Assembly (NCBI GenBank): GCA_016931955.1
Contig: JAFGDV010000043.1
Location: 1-44,314 of the forward strand
Length of the DNA: 44,314 bases
Reading direction: 5' to 3'
Source of the DNA: Candidatus Altiarchaeota archaeon
GTDB taxonomy: Archaea > Altiarchaeota > Altiarchaeia > IMC4 > QMZM01
The notes beneath the pieces were generated by a model. It made no database searches, had not been told where the DNA came from, and saw nothing but the letters and a program-made list of their open reading frames with translations. The translations under genes and the position numbers were made by a program. Shown here one piece after another: positions 1-8,392 of the stretch (positions within the stretch are counted from its first letter, which is position 1; each line of letters opens with the position of its first letter).

Positions 1-4
1 ACGT

Positions 5-44
5 CGCAATTCCTCCGTGGACTAAAGTCCACGGTATCCTTGCG
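5..44. mobile_element. Hairpin resembling an IS200/IS605-family element end
   Basis: CGCAA-TTCCT-CCGTGGAC-TAAA-GTCCACGG-TATCC-TTGCG: perfect 8-bp stem with TAAA loop (15-34) plus outer CGCAA/TTGCG pairing; at the window edge; no transposase in window. Confidence 0.5.
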
Positions 45-52
45 AGTTTGTA

Positions 53-934
53 ATGAAACACATAACAATTGCATTAATCACGTCACTGTTGCTGCTCAGC
101 GGATGCACACAGGAAACACCGGAAAATACGACAACACAGACAAAGTACTGCGACGCACAAACACCCTGCACAGAGGGAGACTGCATCCAATTCGAAGAAA
201 TGAGTTACGCATACTGCTACACAGGAGACCCCTGCCAAAAATGCCCCACAAAAAAATGCAACATCATAGAAACAAACCCAAAACAGATAACATGCACCAC
301 AGAATACTGCACAGAAAAAACACTGGAAAACTGTGACACAAAAAAAGTAAACATAACAGGAGAAATCAAACCCAGCAAAACACTATTCCTATGCAACATA
401 GAAAACAAAACAATAAAATACACGTGGCTAGGAAACTGCATACAAATCACCAACCCAGAAAACATACCACCCGAGACGATAAACAAAAAAGCAGAAATCA
501 TCGGCACAATCAACGCCTCCAAAGGAGAAATCTGCGGCGCCACACGAGTCGAACAATGCGCAGGAAAATACCACCCAACAAAGATAAAAATAGAAAAAAT
601 CAAAGTCAAAGAAGAAACGACGACTACCATGACGACCACGACAACCATGACGACGACAATAGGCTGCCCACCAATAACAACGCCAAGCCAATGCACAGAC
701 ACCGACAGAGGAATAGACACACAACAAAAAGGAACAATCACAGGATTCATCGGAATGCCCAGCGCAAGCTACAACCACACAGACACCTGCCTAAACCAGA
801 CAACAATAAAAGAATACTACTGCAATAGAACCTGCAACTGCCGCGGAGAATGCATAATCAGAGAGGCCAGCAAAGAAATAAAGTGCCCAGAAGGCTACTA
901 TTGTGCTGACGGAGAATGCAAGAAAAACATGTGA
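53..934 (+). CDS. Cys-rich surface lipoprotein with Thr-rich linker and C-terminal CxDTDxG...KG...DTC module
   Basis: Signal peptide with LSGC lipobox; many Cys; TTTTMTTTTTMTTT linker. Confidence 0.8.
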   Translation: MKHITIALITSLLLLSGCTQETPENTTTQTKYCDAQTPCTEGDCIQFEEMSYAYCYTGDPCQKCPTKKCNIIETNPKQITCTTEYCTEKTLENCDTKKVNITGEIKPSKTLFLCNIENKTIKYTWLGNCIQITNPENIPPETINKKAEIIGTINASKGEICGATRVEQCAGKYHPTKIKIEKIKVKEETTTTMTTTTTMTTTIGCPPITTPSQCTDTDRGIDTQQKGTITGFIGMPSASYNHTDTCLNQTTIKEYYCNRTCNCRGECIIREASKEIKCPEGYYCADGECKKNM

Positions 935-952
935 CCACAAAAAAGAAGACGA

Positions 953-1909
953 CTAAGAGAAGTCGTCCTCGTAGGCGGTCACCAGGATAATCCAATCCCA
1001 GTCAGGGAAATAAGAGAAAGCCGCAACCTTCCTCTCCGCCTCAGAATCCCAACTATCCTTCCAAGTGTAATAATACACGCCAGTCTCCCAATCACGCAAG
1101 TACTCAGCCCTATCAATAATGTCCTGGATGAATAAAGTACCATTCGACATCCTAAAATGTCTGATATTCTCCCCATCCCTCCGCCTCTCGTATGAGAGAA
1201 CATAGTCCCCATCTGAATCAATAATCCAAAAATAGCCCCGATCCCCAGTAGATACCTTAGCAAGGTTATTCTTCACTGTCTCCTGGTACTCATTCTCAGG
1301 AACCCCGACAGCTAATACTCCGATGACCTTATTATTATCATCCCTGATAGGCTCATAGGCAGTCAAATAGTATCCATTAACCATAAATGCCCTACCATAA
1401 TAAGTCTGACCCTTCATCACCGTCTCATAAACCACGGAATCAGAAGGGATATAAGTGCCGACAGCGCGCGAACCATCCAGATTAAGAACATTAGTGGAGA
1501 CCCTCAACAAACCATTAGGGATGACCTGAAAAATAGTGGCAGTACCGCCAACCATAGACTGGACGTCGTCAACGACCTCATAGTTATAGGCGACGTCCCT
1601 GCCATTGATCTGAAAAGCCGAAACAGATATATCCTGACGCGCCCCAGTGACCTGATTAACCACTGTAAAATCCATCTCCTTCGAAAAATTAAGATATGGT
1701 TTGCCCTCAGAATAAAGAACACTCCGAGCAACATTCAAGTCAGAGTTAACCTTGCTCTGAGCAATCTCATAGACGTTCTCAGCATACTTCGAGGCAAGCA
1801 AGGCTTCCTCACTCAACCGATCCTCCAAAACAGAAGAATCCCTCCCCTCACCAACACAGCCAACAAACAAAAACAACAACAAAAACGAAAACAAAACACG
1901 AAAATCCAT
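953..1909 (-). CDS. Stand-alone Cache (Cache_3/Cache_2 fusion-like) ligand-binding lipoprotein
   Basis: FVGC lipobox; GGTATIFQ...RVSTNV...GSRAVGT...YYGRAF...YLTAYEPI...IGVLAVG and a second YFWIIDSDG...FPDWDWII subdomain; no second TM or output domain. Confidence 0.8.
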   Translation of the reverse strand: MDFRVLFSFLLLFLFVGCVGEGRDSSVLEDRLSEEALLASKYAENVYEIAQSKVNSDLNVARSVLYSEGKPYLNFSKEMDFTVVNQVTGARQDISVSAFQINGRDVAYNYEVVDDVQSMVGGTATIFQVIPNGLLRVSTNVLNLDGSRAVGTYIPSDSVVYETVMKGQTYYGRAFMVNGYYLTAYEPIRDDNNKVIGVLAVGVPENEYQETVKNNLAKVSTGDRGYFWIIDSDGDYVLSYERRRDGENIRHFRMSNGTLFIQDIIDRAEYLRDWETGVYYYTWKDSWDSEAERKVAAFSYFPDWDWIILVTAYEDDFS

Positions 1910-1973
1910 AAAAAACTATTACAACAAACAACAATAAAAAGATTAAATACTGGGAGAAGTAAATAGTAGTGAG

Positions 1974-2729
1974 ATGAAAGCAGACCTGAAGACACTACAA
2001 ATACTAACAACAACACTAATACTGCTATGTGGATGCACCATAGAAGAAACAGAAGACACGACGACGAGGATAAAAGTGAGAACAGTGCCCGAGACAACGA
2101 CGACCACAACGACAACGACGACAACAACAACCATACCGCCAGGATACTGCATAGACTCAGACAACGGAGAAAACCCCTTCCAAAAAGGAACAACCGAAGA
2201 ATACGGCGGAGCCACCAGAGAAGACACCTGCACAGACGAAAAAACACTAATAGAATGGGTCTGCGAAAACAACAAAGCAAAAAACATAACACACCACTGC
2301 CTACAAGGATGCACAGAAGGAAGATGCCAACTAACAAGCACGACAACGACAACAACAATGACCACTACAACCAAGAAAACGACGACTAGCAGCACAACGA
2401 CCAGCACAACAACGACAACCACAACGAGCAGTACGACGACTAGTACTACCACGACGACAACAAGCACAACGACTACGACGACTACAACAACTACAACCTC
2501 GACGACTACGACGATACCCTACAGGCCGCCGCCGTGCGGCAACTACGGAGACATAGACGATGACGGATACGTGACAGAAGAAGACGTAGAAGAAATAACC
2601 CAAAACATGGAAACCACGCCACTGAACAGAGGAGACGTCAACGCAAACGGGATAATAGACCCCACAGACATCGCACTAATAATACAATACGTCAACCGAC
2701 AAACAGACACCTTCACAGCATGCAGATAA
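1974..2729 (+). CDS. Thr-stalked surface lipoprotein with Cys-rich module and C-terminal type I dockerin-like domain
   Basis: LCGC lipobox; CIDSDNG...KG...DTC module; long Thr/Ser stalk; duplicated Ca-loops GDIDDDGYVTEED and GDVNANGIIDPTDIALI. Confidence 0.85.
   Translation: MKADLKTLQILTTTLILLCGCTIEETEDTTTRIKVRTVPETTTTTTTTTTTTTIPPGYCIDSDNGENPFQKGTTEEYGGATREDTCTDEKTLIEWVCENNKAKNITHHCLQGCTEGRCQLTSTTTTTTMTTTTKKTTTSSTTTSTTTTTTTSSTTTSTTTTTTSTTTTTTTTTTTSTTTTIPYRPPPCGNYGDIDDDGYVTEEDVEEITQNMETTPLNRGDVNANGIIDPTDIALIIQYVNRQTDTFTACR
2334..2513 (+). repeat. Low-complexity ACN/AGY codon run encoding a Thr/Ser stalk
   Basis: Imperfect ACG/ACA/ACT/ACC triplets; similar runs at about 617-660, 2093-2132, 26536-26676, 29035-29090 (minus strand) and 41088-41180. 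Confidence 0.85.
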
Positions 2730-2736
2730 AAAAAAG

Positions 2737-3177
2737 ATGAAGTACACACCCATAGGACGAATACACACACCCTACCGACTGGGAGACGAAGTGCCGAGAC
2801 AAGCAGCACTATCCGAGACAGAAGGACTCATAGAAGTATACCCAGAATACGCTGAAGGATTGAAGGACTTGGAAGGATTCACACACATCATAGTACTATA
2901 CCTATTCGACAAAATAAGGGGATACGATCTAACAGTCACAACACCCTGGGACGAAAAACAGAGAGGACTATTCGCAACCAGAGCACCGAGAAGACCCAAC
3001 CCCATAGGAATATCAACAGTAGAAATAAAAGAGATAAAAGAAAACAAGATAAAAATCAAAGGAGTCGACATGCTAGACCAAACACCCCTCCTAGACATAA
3101 AACCCTACATACCAGAAATAGACGAAAGAAAAAACACAAAAACAGGATGGATAGAAGACAAAATACAGAAAAAATGA
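2737..3177 (+). CDS. tsaA: tRNA (N6-threonylcarbamoyladenosine37-N6)-methyltransferase, TrmO/TsaA family (single domain)
   Basis: PIGRIHTPY, PRQA, GLFATRAPRRPNPIGIS, GVDMLDQTPLLDIKPY. Confidence 0.9.
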   Translation: MKYTPIGRIHTPYRLGDEVPRQAALSETEGLIEVYPEYAEGLKDLEGFTHIIVLYLFDKIRGYDLTVTTPWDEKQRGLFATRAPRRPNPIGISTVEIKEIKENKIKIKGVDMLDQTPLLDIKPYIPEIDERKNTKTGWIEDKIQKK

Positions 3178-3620
3178 AAACACTGATAGCATATTATTCA
3201 AGGACCGGTAACAACAAAAAAATAGCTGAAAAATTAAGGGAAAAACTAGGATGCGACATAGACGAGATACAAGAAGAAGGAAAACCCGGGCTACTGAAGG
3301 CCGGACTAAGCGCCCTACTGAAGAAAAAAACAAAGATCAAGACAGAAAAAAATCCAGAAAACTATGATTTAACAGTGGTGGTTTCACCGATATGGGGTGG
3401 CGTGATAACCCCCGCAGCAAGAACCTACCTACAAGAGAACAGTGACAAAATAAAGGAGGTAGCGTTTCTCTCAGTGTCGGGAAGCGGGGAAGAAAACAAG
3501 AAAGCATTAGAAGACTTCGAGAAGACGATAGGAAAAAAGACAAAGGCTGCACTTCTATTGAAGGACAAAGAAGAACAAGAAAAAAAACTGGAAAAATTCG
3601 CTGAAGGCCTAAAAGACTAA
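3174..3620 (+). CDS. Flavodoxin-like protein
   Basis: MKTLIAYYSRTGNN FMN loop, SPIWGG; ATG 3174 overlaps the tsaA stop (ATGA). Confidence 0.8.
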   Translation: MKTLIAYYSRTGNNKKIAEKLREKLGCDIDEIQEEGKPGLLKAGLSALLKKKTKIKTEKNPENYDLTVVVSPIWGGVITPAARTYLQENSDKIKEVAFLSVSGSGEENKKALEDFEKTIGKKTKAALLLKDKEEQEKKLEKFAEGLKD

Positions 3621-4060
3621 CCCAGTTCGCCTACGTCCTCATTCCACAGAGGGGGATTCAAGGCGATAAAGTCACGCATCAACTGAATGCATTCCTTATC
3701 GTTTAAGACGACGACCTCCACGCCCCTACTCCTCAGATAATCCTCAGGGCCCTGGAAGTTAACGTTCTCGCCGACAACCACCTTAGGGATCTTGTACAAT
3801 AGAATGGCGCCACTGCACATGTCGCAGGGCGAGAGAGTGGAGTACAGGATACAACGACGATATTCCTCTGCAGTAAGTCGGCCAGCGTTCTCCAAACAAT
3901 CCATCTCAGCGTGAAGAGTAGGGCTATTATTCTGAACCCGCCTATTACGGCCCCTTCCGACGATCCTACCATCCAAGACGAGAACCGAGCCAATAGGGAT
4001 GCCACCCTCATCCAAGCCCTTCCTGGCCTCAACAACAGCCTCACTCAAGAACTCGTCCAT
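3617..4060 (-). CDS. Zinc-dependent nucleobase deaminase (fungal-type cytosine deaminase/TadA fold)
   Basis: EGGIPIGSVL, HAEMDCL, YSTLSPCDMCSGAI, C-terminal WNED. Confidence 0.88.
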   Translation of the reverse strand: MDEFLSEAVVEARKGLDEGGIPIGSVLVLDGRIVGRGRNRRVQNNSPTLHAEMDCLENAGRLTAEEYRRCILYSTLSPCDMCSGAILLYKIPKVVVGENVNFQGPEDYLRSRGVEVVVLNDKECIQLMRDFIALNPPLWNEDVGELG

Positions 4061-5280
4061 TTTTCAAGGGCAGCCTTCAATTCAGGATGAGAGCCGGCAT
4101 ATTCCTGCAAGGAGATGTTCTCCATGACTGCGTCAACGGCCTGACGCATGGCTACTGCACCATTCCGCGTCCCCTGAGGATGACCGTGGACGCCGCCGCC
4201 AGCCTGAATGATAACGTCACAGCCCATCAACTCAACCAACGGAGGAACCAATCCAGGATGCAGGCCGCCGGAGCTGACAGGGAAAACAGGTTTAAGGTCG
4301 AAGAAAGAGCCAACGATGGCGTCACGGATCCCCAGGACCTCCTGCCTGGGACCCTCCATCTTACCCACACCAGTGCCGATATGCAGCTGATCCACGCCGA
4401 CAAGACGAGAAAGCTTGGCGAGAACCAACATGGAGATACCATGCTTCTTATTTCTGGTGAAGGCCGCATGCATCGCCCTATGACCATGGATCACAAGACC
4501 AAGATCGGCTTTGATAAGAGCCTGAAGACCGGAAAAACCAACAGTGACTATGTCGACCATCACATACCTACCCCCATGATCGCGGACAAACTCAGCTCGA
4601 CGAAGCATCTCCCCAGTCTCAGAAGAGACATTAGGCATATACACCTTCCCCTCACCAGACTCCTCCTCGGCGCGATCACGAGCCTCCAAGGTTTTAAGGA
4701 CACGCTCCTCAAAGGGATTAAACCTCTGACTGGTGAGGTTCTCATCATCCTTGACGATGTCACAGCCACCCACCCAAGATTCATAGGCTACCTCAGCATG
4801 TCTGCCGGAAGGCAAACCAAGCTTCGGCTTGATGATGGTGCCCACAAGAGGCCTCTTCCTCACCCCAAGAAGACCCCTCACGCCATATATGCCAAACTCA
4901 GGACCAGGGAAAGACCTGGCAAGCTTCTTCGGGAAAAAAACGTCGACGAGGCGAAGGTTCTCGACCGCCTTCATGCCGAAGATATTGCCAGCAACACTGC
5001 TCAAGATGCAGGGCATGTTCTCGGCCTCGAACAAATCAGAGGGATAGGCTATGGAAACCATTCCTTTGTCTATCTCAAAGACATGAGGACCCAGCTTTTC
5101 CCCGATACCAGAGTCCATGGTAGAGATGTCAGTCCAAGTACCGATAGAAGACTCCGCCGCAATATCCTCGCACGCCGATTCGATAGAAGAACCTGGGGAA
5201 GGCTCCACAAAAAACCTGCAGACCAGGTCACTACTGGAAGGCCTATAGTTGAGGTCAATGAAAGACATCTTAGATATCAC
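4045..5280 (-). CDS. rbcL: Form III ribulose-1,5-bisphosphate carboxylase
   Basis: AAESSIGTW, GNIFGMK, IIKPKLG, KDDENL carbamylation motif, HGHRAMH, loop 6 GVGKMEG, SGGLHPG, QAGGGVHGHP; start GTG 5280 or ATG 5268. Confidence 0.95.
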   Translation of the reverse strand: MISKMSFIDLNYRPSSSDLVCRFFVEPSPGSSIESACEDIAAESSIGTWTDISTMDSGIGEKLGPHVFEIDKGMVSIAYPSDLFEAENMPCILSSVAGNIFGMKAVENLRLVDVFFPKKLARSFPGPEFGIYGVRGLLGVRKRPLVGTIIKPKLGLPSGRHAEVAYESWVGGCDIVKDDENLTSQRFNPFEERVLKTLEARDRAEEESGEGKVYMPNVSSETGEMLRRAEFVRDHGGRYVMVDIVTVGFSGLQALIKADLGLVIHGHRAMHAAFTRNKKHGISMLVLAKLSRLVGVDQLHIGTGVGKMEGPRQEVLGIRDAIVGSFFDLKPVFPVSSGGLHPGLVPPLVELMGCDVIIQAGGGVHGHPQGTRNGAVAMRQAVDAVMENISLQEYAGSHPELKAALEKWTSS

Positions 5281-5861
5281 AGAACACCCTTCGTAGAGGG
5301 AGTGTCTCCATGGATCACGCGAGAGGCCTCATAGAGTGCCTTAGCTAACGCCTTAAAGCAGGCTTCGACCTTGTGATGGTCGTTGACGCCGTCAACGGTG
5401 ATGTGTAGGTTAAGTTTACCATTAGAGGTGAAGGAATCGAAGAAGTGGGGGAGAGCCTCCTTAGAGACATCCCCGAGCTTCGCTTCCTTGAACTCTGAGA
5501 AAGGGATATCGACCCGAGCATAGGCCCTGCCAGAAAGGTCAAGGGCGACATGCGCCAAAGCATCATCCATGGGAACACAACAAGAACCCATCCGTGCAAT
5601 GCCCTTCTTGTCATCAAGAGCCTTATCAAGGGCCTGACCCAAGCATATGCCAAGGTCCTCAACAAGATGATGGTCGTCGACTTCAACGTCCCCTGAGGCG
5701 TTAATCTTCAAGTCAAAACGAGAATGCTTAGAAAAATTCTCCAACATGTGATTCATGAACTTGAGGGGAGTCTTTATCTCGGATCTACCCACGCCGTCGA
5801 GGTTCAATTCAAGGCTTATCTGGGTCTCCTCCGTCTTTCTCACAACATTTGAGGTTCTCAT
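5277..5861 (-). CDS. hisB: Imidazoleglycerol-phosphate dehydratase
   Basis: RKTEETQI, DDHHLVED, PMDDAL, NDHHKVEACFKA, PSTKGVL. Confidence 0.97.
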   Translation of the reverse strand: MRTSNVVRKTEETQISLELNLDGVGRSEIKTPLKFMNHMLENFSKHSRFDLKINASGDVEVDDHHLVEDLGICLGQALDKALDDKKGIARMGSCCVPMDDALAHVALDLSGRAYARVDIPFSEFKEAKLGDVSKEALPHFFDSFTSNGKLNLHITVDGVNDHHKVEACFKALAKALYEASRVIHGDTPSTKGVL

Positions 5862-5937
5862 CTTCGCTCAGTAAATATTAAGAACAATATAATTAATACG
5901 TTAATTGTATATAGTTATTACACGAATGTGATGATAA
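5862..5937. promoter_or_regulatory. Divergent AT-rich promoter region hisB / livG
   Basis: 76-bp AT-rich spacer with imperfect inverted repeat ATATAATTAA-TACG-TTAATTGTAT (5887-5910). Confidence 0.5.
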
Positions 5938-6666
5938 ATGCTTTCCGTACAAAACGTAAGCAAACACTTTGACGGCATAACAGCAATAAAAGACGTAAGC
6001 TTCAAGATAGAGAAAGGGGAGATAGTGGGGTTGGTGGGGCCGAACGGTGCGGGAAAATCAACGCTGCTGAACGTTATAAGCGGGGTCTATCTGCCAGACC
6101 AGGGAAAGATCATATTCGATGGAATGGATATAACAGACCACAGCCCAGACAAGGTATGCAAGCTCGGCATAGCGAAGACATTCCAGCTCGTGCAATCCTT
6201 CCCGGAGCTGACCGCGTTACAGAACGTGACAGTGGGAGCACTATTCGGGAACTCAGGCAAGATAGGGATGAAAGAAGCCAAAGAAAAAGCGGAGAAAAAA
6301 CTGGAATACGTAGGCTACCCGATGGAGAAAAAAGACCACCAAGTGAAAAACCTGAACGTCGTCGAACTCAAGAGGATACAGCTTGCAAGGGCCCTGGCAA
6401 CCGACCCGAAGCTGATCCTATTGGATGAAGTAACCACTGGATTGAACCCGAAGGAAAGCAATGATGCTGTCTCCTTGATACAGAAGATCAGGGGAGAAGG
6501 GATAACGATACTGATGGTAGAGCACGTGATGAGGATCATAATGAATGTCTCGGACAAGATAGTGGTACTACACCACGGAGAAAAGATGGCTGAAGGAACA
6601 CCCAAGGAGATAGCAAAAGACGACAAGGTCATAAACTCCTACCTTGGGGAAAAAACCTACATGTGA
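5938..6666 (+). CDS. livG: HAAT (Liv-type) ABC transporter ATP-binding subunit
   Basis: GPNGAGKS, KTFQ, ILLDE, LMVEHVM, AEGTPKEI...YLG. Confidence 0.92.
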   Translation: MLSVQNVSKHFDGITAIKDVSFKIEKGEIVGLVGPNGAGKSTLLNVISGVYLPDQGKIIFDGMDITDHSPDKVCKLGIAKTFQLVQSFPELTALQNVTVGALFGNSGKIGMKEAKEKAEKKLEYVGYPMEKKDHQVKNLNVVELKRIQLARALATDPKLILLDEVTTGLNPKESNDAVSLIQKIRGEGITILMVEHVMRIIMNVSDKIVVLHHGEKMAEGTPKEIAKDDKVINSYLGEKTYM

Positions 6667-6670
6667 CAAA

Positions 6671-7375
6671 ATGCTCGAAGTAAAAGAACTGAGTGTATTC
6701 TACGGAAAGGTGCAGGTGATCTGGGACACAACATTCAAGGTAAAAGAAGGAGAGGTTGTGACATTGCTGGGCTCCAACGGAGCGGGGAAGACAACGACAG
6801 TAAAAACCATACAGGGACTGCTCAAACCGAAAACAGGGACAATAAAATTCAACGACAAAAAAATAGGGGGGCTGCCGGCGTACAAGATAGTTGAGGAAGG
6901 GATCGCTTTGGTCCCTGAGGGAAGGGAGATCTTCCCTAAGATGACTGTGCAAGAAAACCTTGCACTGGGGGCGTATGTTTCAAGGGCGAAGGAAAAGATA
7001 GGTGAAAACCTCGGATGGGTATTCTGTCTCTTCCCGAAGCTGGAGGAGAGGAAAAAACAATTGGCTGGAACCATGAGCGGCGGAGAACAGCAGATGCTCG
7101 CCATAGCCCGCGCATTGATGTCGAAGCCACGGCTGCTGATGCTGGACGAGCCCTCACTGGGGCTTGCGCCGATGATAGTATTACAGGTCTTTTGCATAAT
7201 CGAAAAACTTAAAGAAGAAGGGGTTACGATCCTGCTCGTAGAGCAGAACATACACCATGCCCTCGAGATCTCAGACAGAGCCTACGTCATGGAGAAAGGA
7301 AAGATCATATTGGAAGGAAAAGGTGTAGAACTGCTGAAAGACAAATACGTGAAAAAAGCCTACCTAGGAGCCTGA
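6671..7375 (+). CDS. livF: HAAT ABC transporter ATP-binding subunit
   Basis: GSNGAGKT, VPEGREIF, MSGGEQQM, LDEPSLGLAP, VEQN; ATG at 6671 (MLEVKEL). Confidence 0.93.
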   Translation: MLEVKELSVFYGKVQVIWDTTFKVKEGEVVTLLGSNGAGKTTTVKTIQGLLKPKTGTIKFNDKKIGGLPAYKIVEEGIALVPEGREIFPKMTVQENLALGAYVSRAKEKIGENLGWVFCLFPKLEERKKQLAGTMSGGEQQMLAIARALMSKPRLLMLDEPSLGLAPMIVLQVFCIIEKLKEEGVTILLVEQNIHHALEISDRAYVMEKGKIILEGKGVELLKDKYVKKAYLGA

Positions 7376-8392
7376 CCTGAAACGTGACCTGATTTTTCCT
7401 GGAATAGAAACGAATCCCCTGGGTAGGAATATTATCGTCAAAATCAGTATCAAACCGATGATGACTAAGTGCTCGTAGACCAGGCCGAAGGATTTAAGAC
7501 CATCCCAGATAACCGTTATAATGAAGGTGCCTATTATCGGTCCTTCCACCGTGAAAAGCCCTCCGCTGATGCAGTAGATAATCGGCCTGAATGAGTTCTC
7601 AACGCTGTATATCTCAGGGGTGAGATAGCCAGTGTGGTGAATCATCAATGCACCAGCAACCCCCGTGAAAAAGGCGCTCAAAGCAAAGCCGATGAGCTTA
7701 TACTTCACTGTATTTATTCCCATGACCTTCGCCTCCAATTCATTCTCCCGGATCGCCTCAAAGGCCAGACCAACCTTGGACTTCAACACCCTATCGATCA
7801 CGTAGATGACAAACAAGGCAAATACGAGGATCACATAATACTCTATCTGGTATCTCATCAGAGTTTTCACAAATGGATCCGTTATCTGGGAATCCGTTAT
7901 GGACACAAGATGTTTCGTCGGCAGCCCATCATGCCCGCCAGTGATTTCTTTCAATTCCAGTGTCACCGTATGGATTATCACAGCAAAACCAAATGTGACC
8001 ATCGCAAGAAACCACTCCCTAAGGCGGACACAAGTCAAACCGATGAACACACCCACCACAGCCGCAAACAATCCGCCGACAAAGACAGTCAATATAGTTG
8101 ACTGAATCAATACTAAACTGCCTCCGACGTTGATCGCCCAAAGCCCGGACAGATTCAGGAACTTAGCGGTTAACACAGAAGAATACGCTCCAAGACCGAG
8201 AAATGCCGCATGCCCCAGTGAGCCCTGCCCGGAGTAGGTGAGGAGATTCCATGCGGAAGAGTACATTATAAAGACGCACATGATGATCAGTATCTCAAGC
8301 ATCGCGCTGTTGATCCGAAGAACCAGGGGAAGAGAGAAGGCTGCGACAACTACAAGGAAGGCCAGGACCGATCTAATTAGGCTCATTTTCAT
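7364..8392 (-). CDS. livM: HAAT ABC transporter permease
   Basis: GQGSLGHAAFLGLGAY, FLAMVTFGF, TGGHDG, AIRENELEAKVMGIN. Confidence 0.92.
   Translation of the reverse strand: MKMSLIRSVLAFLVVVAAFSLPLVLRINSAMLEILIIMCVFIMYSSAWNLLTYSGQGSLGHAAFLGLGAYSSVLTAKFLNLSGLWAINVGGSLVLIQSTILTVFVGGLFAAVVGVFIGLTCVRLREWFLAMVTFGFAVIIHTVTLELKEITGGHDGLPTKHLVSITDSQITDPFVKTLMRYQIEYYVILVFALFVIYVIDRVLKSKVGLAFEAIRENELEAKVMGINTVKYKLIGFALSAFFTGVAGALMIHHTGYLTPEIYSVENSFRPIIYCISGGLFTVEGPIIGTFIITVIWDGLKSFGLVYEHLVIIGLILILTIIFLPRGFVSIPGKIRSRFRSGS

Noticed and set aside
217-2467. Val-rich minus-strand ORFs (217-750, 1813-2358, 1943-2467) and His/Arg/Asn-rich alternate frames
   Set aside because: Artefacts of Thr codon runs and strand bias that suppress stop codons
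2334-2513. Repetitive ACN tracts as a possible CRISPR or satellite array
   Set aside because: In-frame Thr/Ser codons with no repeat-spacer periodicity; no cas genes in the window
4045-5280. RuBisCO-like protein (form IV) or Calvin-cycle interpretation
   Set aside because: Full catalytic motif set of a true form III enzyme; no rbcS or phosphoribulokinase in the window
4087-5334. 415-aa plus-strand ORF
   Set aside because: Antisense shadow of rbcL with no recognisable motifs
5926-5936. TGTGATGA box C-like motif before livG
   Set aside because: No properly spaced D boxes or terminal stem; lies at the RBS position
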